This document shows positions 56,660-59,902 of a DNA stretch of 59,902 nucleotides, one piece after another. Numbering within the stretch: the stretch's first letter is position 1; every line of letters starts with the position of its first letter. The translations under genes and the position numbers were made by a program. The stretch comes from a virus. Lineage: Duplodnaviria > Caudoviricetes. Where the stretch lies: the IMG/VR virus record IMGVR_UViG_3300025323_000513, positions 1 to 59,902 of that record; one strand, written 5' to 3'. The notes under the pieces were generated by a model. It did no database searches, was not told the origin of the DNA, and saw nothing but the letters and a program-made list of their open reading frames with translations.

Positions 56660-57060
56660 TGCTCATTTGAGTTGAGGACTATCTCCACTTCGACCCGTCC
56701 TTTTCCATCGGACGCATAGTGAGATTCGAATGCCCCATCAAGGAACTTATCGTTTTGGAAGAGCGCATCAGCAAGCCCTTTGAAGACATTGTCTGGGTCT
56801 GCATGCACTCCATTGACCCAATAGATAACGATGGACATCTTTGCCCTTGCTGATATTTTTGTGGTGAGAGGTTGTGTGGTTTCGAACTTGAACTCAGGAT
56901 ATTCACGATAGAAAATACTGCGGACGTATTCTTTCCATGCGTGGTATTTCTTTGCCTTTGGTAGCCAGAGTGCTCTGCCTACTACTCGGACATACGGGAC
57001 CGGATTACCTTCTATGTCTTCCGGGTTTCCTTTTATAGTGAATTTGATTGTTTTCTTCAT
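56656..57060 (-). CDS. RusA-like resolvase
   Basis: ADPDNVFKGLADALFQNDK. Confidence 0.8.
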   Translation of the reverse strand: MKKTIKFTIKGNPEDIEGNPVPYVRVVGRALWLPKAKKYHAWKEYVRSIFYREYPEFKFETTQPLTTKISARAKMSIVIYWVNGVHADPDNVFKGLADALFQNDKFLDGAFESHYASDGKGRVEVEIVLNSNEQ

Positions 57061-57068
57061 GGAGTTTT

Positions 57069-57605
57069 TTAGTGTTTAAATCTGTTAATGGTCATCTTTT
57101 GAGTGAGTTCTCGTATTTGCTTTCCAAAGTTATCCACAGGGTCCCTAATACTAGGTTTCTCTTTTTTCCCTAGATTCTGTGTGTTAACTTGCTTTACTAC
57201 TTTTGGTAAAGAGGATTTACCACTTCTGGTTAACTCTCTTAACTGGTTAATTTCGTTTACTACTTTATCCACATCCATATGCAGGTTTAGCTTGTAGCGA
57301 TTTCCCATTGATCTCTGCTGTACTGAAATGACTCCAACTTTGATGAGATTTTGGAGTGCTGTGTTTACTGATGGACGAGACAATCCTGTGCCGTAATCCA
57401 AGCGTCTACCCTGGCTCGTCTTGATGCCGTTTTCGAATTGAGAAAAACTGATGTTGTCTTCGACCTTATGAAAACCGAAAGTGCGTCTACATATGTAAAG
57501 TAGGCATCGAGCCTCTGCCTCGGATATGCGAGGAAGAACAAGATCCAAAATTACATTTGGAATCTGGGAGCTATTTGGTATTAAGTTTTGGTGTTTTTCG
57601 TCCAT
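57069..57605 (-). CDS. Replication initiator (lambda O-like N-terminal domain)
   Basis: Paralog of 19355-19921. Confidence 0.85.
   Translation of the reverse strand: MDEKHQNLIPNSSQIPNVILDLVLPRISEAEARCLLYICRRTFGFHKVEDNISFSQFENGIKTSQGRRLDYGTGLSRPSVNTALQNLIKVGVISVQQRSMGNRYKLNLHMDVDKVVNEINQLRELTRSGKSSLPKVVKQVNTQNLGKKEKPSIRDPVDNFGKQIRELTQKMTINRFKH
57130..57273. repeat. Putative replication origin B: four GTWAA-N5-TTWAC iterons plus two DnaA boxes
   Basis: Iterons start at 57183, 57206, 57229, 57246; TTATCCACA at 57130 and 57265. Confidence 0.8.
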
Positions 57606-57664
57606 AGTTTTTTGGAAGAGAGAAGACATCGATTGCTCGATGTTCTTCCCTGGTTAGTGCGGGG

Positions 57665-57724
57665 GCTTAGCCCCCGATCTCAGCCCTCATGCCACTGCGA
57701 TCAGGGCTGAGTCAGTGGCCAAGC
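57665..57724 (-). ncRNA. Conserved structured element upstream of rep (copy B)
   Basis: Matches 19961-20020. Confidence 0.65.
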
Positions 57725-57734
57725 TACTTAGTTG

Positions 57735-58925
57735 TTACTTGCCACTTTTCACTGCAGCCTTGGCTGGCTTTTTGGGCTTATCTTCTGTCTTTGAATCTCG
57801 AAGGTCTTTTTCGAACTTCTGTTCAGGTGTCGGCTCAGGCACTTGTTCGCCTTTCAATTCAGCGATCTTCTTCTGAGCAAATTCCTGTACTCGTGCGAAT
57901 CCGTCCTCGAGGACATCTGGTCGCATCGACTCTATTGCGGACCAGCTGCGGGTCTGGAAGGCGTACTCAAGCGCATCAGTTTTGTTTTTCTTTTCCTGTG
58001 CGCCTGTGCTTGGCCAGATTGATACGAGGTAACCCTCGATTTCCTCAAGCCATCGCTTTCTTTCAAGGACCCACTTACGCTTATCTTCTTCTGTGCGGAT
58101 CAACTCTCCGGCATCTCGCACTGCTGGGCTAAAACGTGCGGTTGCAGGGTCTTTGATGACTGCCTCGATTGCCGGTGCAAAGTCCTCGTAGGTAGGGTTT
58201 TTGAAGACCTTTCCGTCCAAGAGATTGCCTCGACCCTTGAGGACAGTTGCCTGTCGCCACACCTCTCGGTTTTTTCGAGTGATGAGCTCATGGCGTTCCA
58301 TCAATACCAAGACATCGAATTCGTATGCGGCGTTTTTCTCTGCCTGCATCTTTACTCCGGTCTTGGTAAATTCCTTGCGACCATCCTCATCTACTTCCTG
58401 TTCCATTCGATCCGACACACGCCCTGTGGCGATGATGTGGAGTGGCGACTGGACCATTGGTATTGAGAAGTTTCGGTTCCAGTCGGACTTGATTGCCATC
58501 CAGTCTTGGATTTGGAACGTCTGGCGATTAAGCTTTCGCTTGTACGCCTCTTGGAAGTCCATCCAGATGTGAGTGATACTGTCGATCACCACAATGTCTG
58601 AATATCCATCCGTACAGAGTTTCATTGCCGTTACCAAGTCAGCGAGCGAGTGTGTCTCGCGCACCACCGCCTCAATCCCATGCTCTTTGAAAAGCGGGAC
58701 CAAAAACTTTGATGCTTTCTCGGTGTCGATAAGGACAATTGGCTTTGTACTTGCGATCTTCTTGTGAAGACCGATTGCTACTAATGCGGCACTCCAGCTT
58801 TTGCCTGTGCCCGGCTCTCCCTCAAAGGCTGCTTTGAAGTAGGGCTTTGTGTTTCCGATTGCGGTGAAGAAACTTTCTTCGTCCACTATCGGGACCACCT
58901 TCCTTTCTAATGTTTGTGTTGTCAT
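57735..58925 (-). CDS. AAA_24/Sak4-like ATPase
   Basis: GEPGTGKS, VVIDSITHIW, YEFD. Confidence 0.8.
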   Translation of the reverse strand: MTTQTLERKVVPIVDEESFFTAIGNTKPYFKAAFEGEPGTGKSWSAALVAIGLHKKIASTKPIVLIDTEKASKFLVPLFKEHGIEAVVRETHSLADLVTAMKLCTDGYSDIVVIDSITHIWMDFQEAYKRKLNRQTFQIQDWMAIKSDWNRNFSIPMVQSPLHIIATGRVSDRMEQEVDEDGRKEFTKTGVKMQAEKNAAYEFDVLVLMERHELITRKNREVWRQATVLKGRGNLLDGKVFKNPTYEDFAPAIEAVIKDPATARFSPAVRDAGELIRTEEDKRKWVLERKRWLEEIEGYLVSIWPSTGAQEKKNKTDALEYAFQTRSWSAIESMRPDVLEDGFARVQEFAQKKIAELKGEQVPEPTPEQKFEKDLRDSKTEDKPKKPAKAAVKSGK

Positions 58926-58938
58926 AGTTTTTTAGCTA

Positions 58939-59010
58939 TTGACTCCACGAAGGGGTCTTTGATACGATGTATCTACGGTAAGAGGCCTCCTTCGGGGGGT
59001 CTTTTATTTT
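58939..59010 (+). ncRNA. Putative tiny antisense RNA unit, copy B
   Basis: TTGACT-18-TACGAT, then cUUCGg hairpin and T tract. Confidence 0.6.
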
Positions 59011-59297
59011 TTGAATAATTTAGTAATTCGCTTATCTGCCTCAGTCAGCATCGTTTTGTTGATCTGACTCATGATTTCTTTGAGCAATGCATCTCTGATG
59101 ATTCCGTGTGCCATGGTGATAGCTAGGTCATCTTCAGGATCAACATTGGTCAGCTTTCCCATGAGTTCGCCTGTGTAATGGGCTACCTCATCGAGGGCTT
59201 CTGGAAGGATTCGCTCATCGACTATTGCCGGAGCTCTATCTTTGACCAGTTTCAACGCCTCCCTCGCTAGCGTTCTCATCTTTTCTTGATTCGGCAT
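59004..59297 (-). CDS. Conserved hypothetical early protein
   Basis: Paralog of 21259-21561. Confidence 0.8.
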   Translation of the reverse strand: MPNQEKMRTLAREALKLVKDRAPAIVDERILPEALDEVAHYTGELMGKLTNVDPEDDLAITMAHGIIRDALLKEIMSQINKTMLTEADKRITKLFKK

Positions 59298-59538
59298 TGT
59301 TTGATTCTTGAATTCGCTGCAATTGAAACTCTTTTTTCTCTTTGCGCTTTTTTTGGTTTTGAAGGCTTAGAGGAGTATTCTTCTGCAATCGAATTTCTTT
59401 AGGCTGATAATTGATATCGACTTGATCGCCTATGCTGAGTCGATATTTTGTCGTGAGCCATTTACCTTCAAGGATTAAGGCTGGTATGCCTGGTCGCCTG
59501 TAGGTAACAGCTCGTGTGGTGTTGAGTGTTTTCTTCAT
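59236..59538 (-). CDS. SymE-like (AbrB-fold) protein
   Basis: PALILEGKWL; paralog of 21491-21796. Confidence 0.65.
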   Translation of the reverse strand: MKKTLNTTRAVTYRRPGIPALILEGKWLTTKYRLSIGDQVDINYQPKEIRLQKNTPLSLQNQKKRKEKKEFQLQRIQESNNAESRKDENASEGGVETGQR

Positions 59539-59582
59539 TGTTAGCATCTGGACCCGTCGGACCGATCCCTTTCGGGACAATG
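59536..59582 (-). ncRNA. Three-way-junction RNA motif, copy 3
   Basis: CATTGT-CCC-GAAA-GGG-ATC..CAGATGCTA-ACAATG. Confidence 0.75.
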
Positions 59583-59631
59583 ATTAATTGGCTAGTAATT
59601 TCGACCTTTTTGGTGAACTGCGGAGCAATAC

Positions 59632-59661
59632 AAAAAGCCCCGCTTTTCAGCGAGGCTTTTT
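59632..59661 (-). terminator. Terminator after gap (B)
   Basis: AAAAAGCCTCGC-TGAAAA-GCGGGGCTTTTT. Confidence 0.75.
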
Positions 59662-59683
59662 CTTCGATATTGTGATTTAAGCT

Positions 59684-59902
59684 CTATTTCTGTCCGTCCC
59701 GGCCATTTGTCCAAATGCCTGCGTTTATCCTCATCTGTCTCCCTTCTTCTTCTGGGAGGAGGTAGGATGCCGCCGCAATGACATGGCGAACCAATGTATG
59801 GGTGTACCCTATTTCGTTGTCATACCAAGCTAAAACCTTCACCAAATCACCCCCGACTACTCTGGTAAACGTCAGATCAGCAATCGAGGCGTGCTTGTTC
59901 CC
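59684..59902 (-). CDS. gap: Glyceraldehyde-3-phosphate dehydrogenase, 3' end (partial; integration target)
   Basis: Hand translation GNKHASIADLTFTRVVGGDLVKVLAWYDNEIGYTHTLVRHVIAAA contains the GAPDH KV.AWYDNE.GY signature. Confidence 0.92.
   Translation of the reverse strand, partial: GNKHASIADLTFTRVVGGDLVKVLAWYDNEIGYTHTLVRHVIAAASYLLPEEEGRQMRINAGIWTNGRDGQK

Larger units (their letters stand above)
22361..59811 (-). mobile_element. Prophage B, P22-like podovirus, apparently complete (~37.4 kb), with cargo and integrase
   Basis: Flanked by direct repeat GTGTACCCTA (22361-22370, 59802-59811) within longer gap-like homology; integrase lies next to the left att; full gene set. Confidence 0.85.

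Noticed and set aside
1-59902. CRISPR arrays, tRNA/rRNA genes, reverse transcriptase/DGR, alternative genetic code
   Set aside because: None seen; genes translate intact with code 11 and use TAA, TAG and TGA as stops

Overview
Almost everything in this window is on the minus strand. It reads as two related temperate phages integrated in tandem at the 3' end of the host gap (GAPDH) gene. The window ends inside gap (…LVKVLAWYDNEIGYTHTLVRHVIAAA, 59684-59902), and a second, recoded copy of that 3' end at 22315-22386 marks the junction between the two prophages. Prophage B (~22361-59811, ~37.4 kb, apparently complete) is a P22-like podovirus. It carries early, replication, methylase, packaging, head, tail and lysis genes, then about 10.6 kb of cargo (helicase + DUF3883-type nuclease + two methylases + HEPN protein, SppA, TrpR-like, PRTase) and a tyrosine integrase. 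Prophage A (<1-22370, runs off the left edge) is an HK97-like siphovirus with the same early and lysis modules but different morphogenesis genes. Comparing the two phages exposes conserved signals: a three-copy structured RNA that buries start codons and has a complementary loop in the integrase leader, a hairpin/pseudoknot before the rep gene, iteron origins of identical geometry but different sequence, a tiny antisense transcription unit, a dual-frame C5 methylase and a 26-aa lysis-cassette peptide. Prophage B also has a four-copy late-promoter motif. The gene style (few Shine-Dalgarno sites, apparently leaderless starts) suggests a Patescibacteria/CPR host, which is inference only. All family calls come from motif recognition by eye, not database searches.
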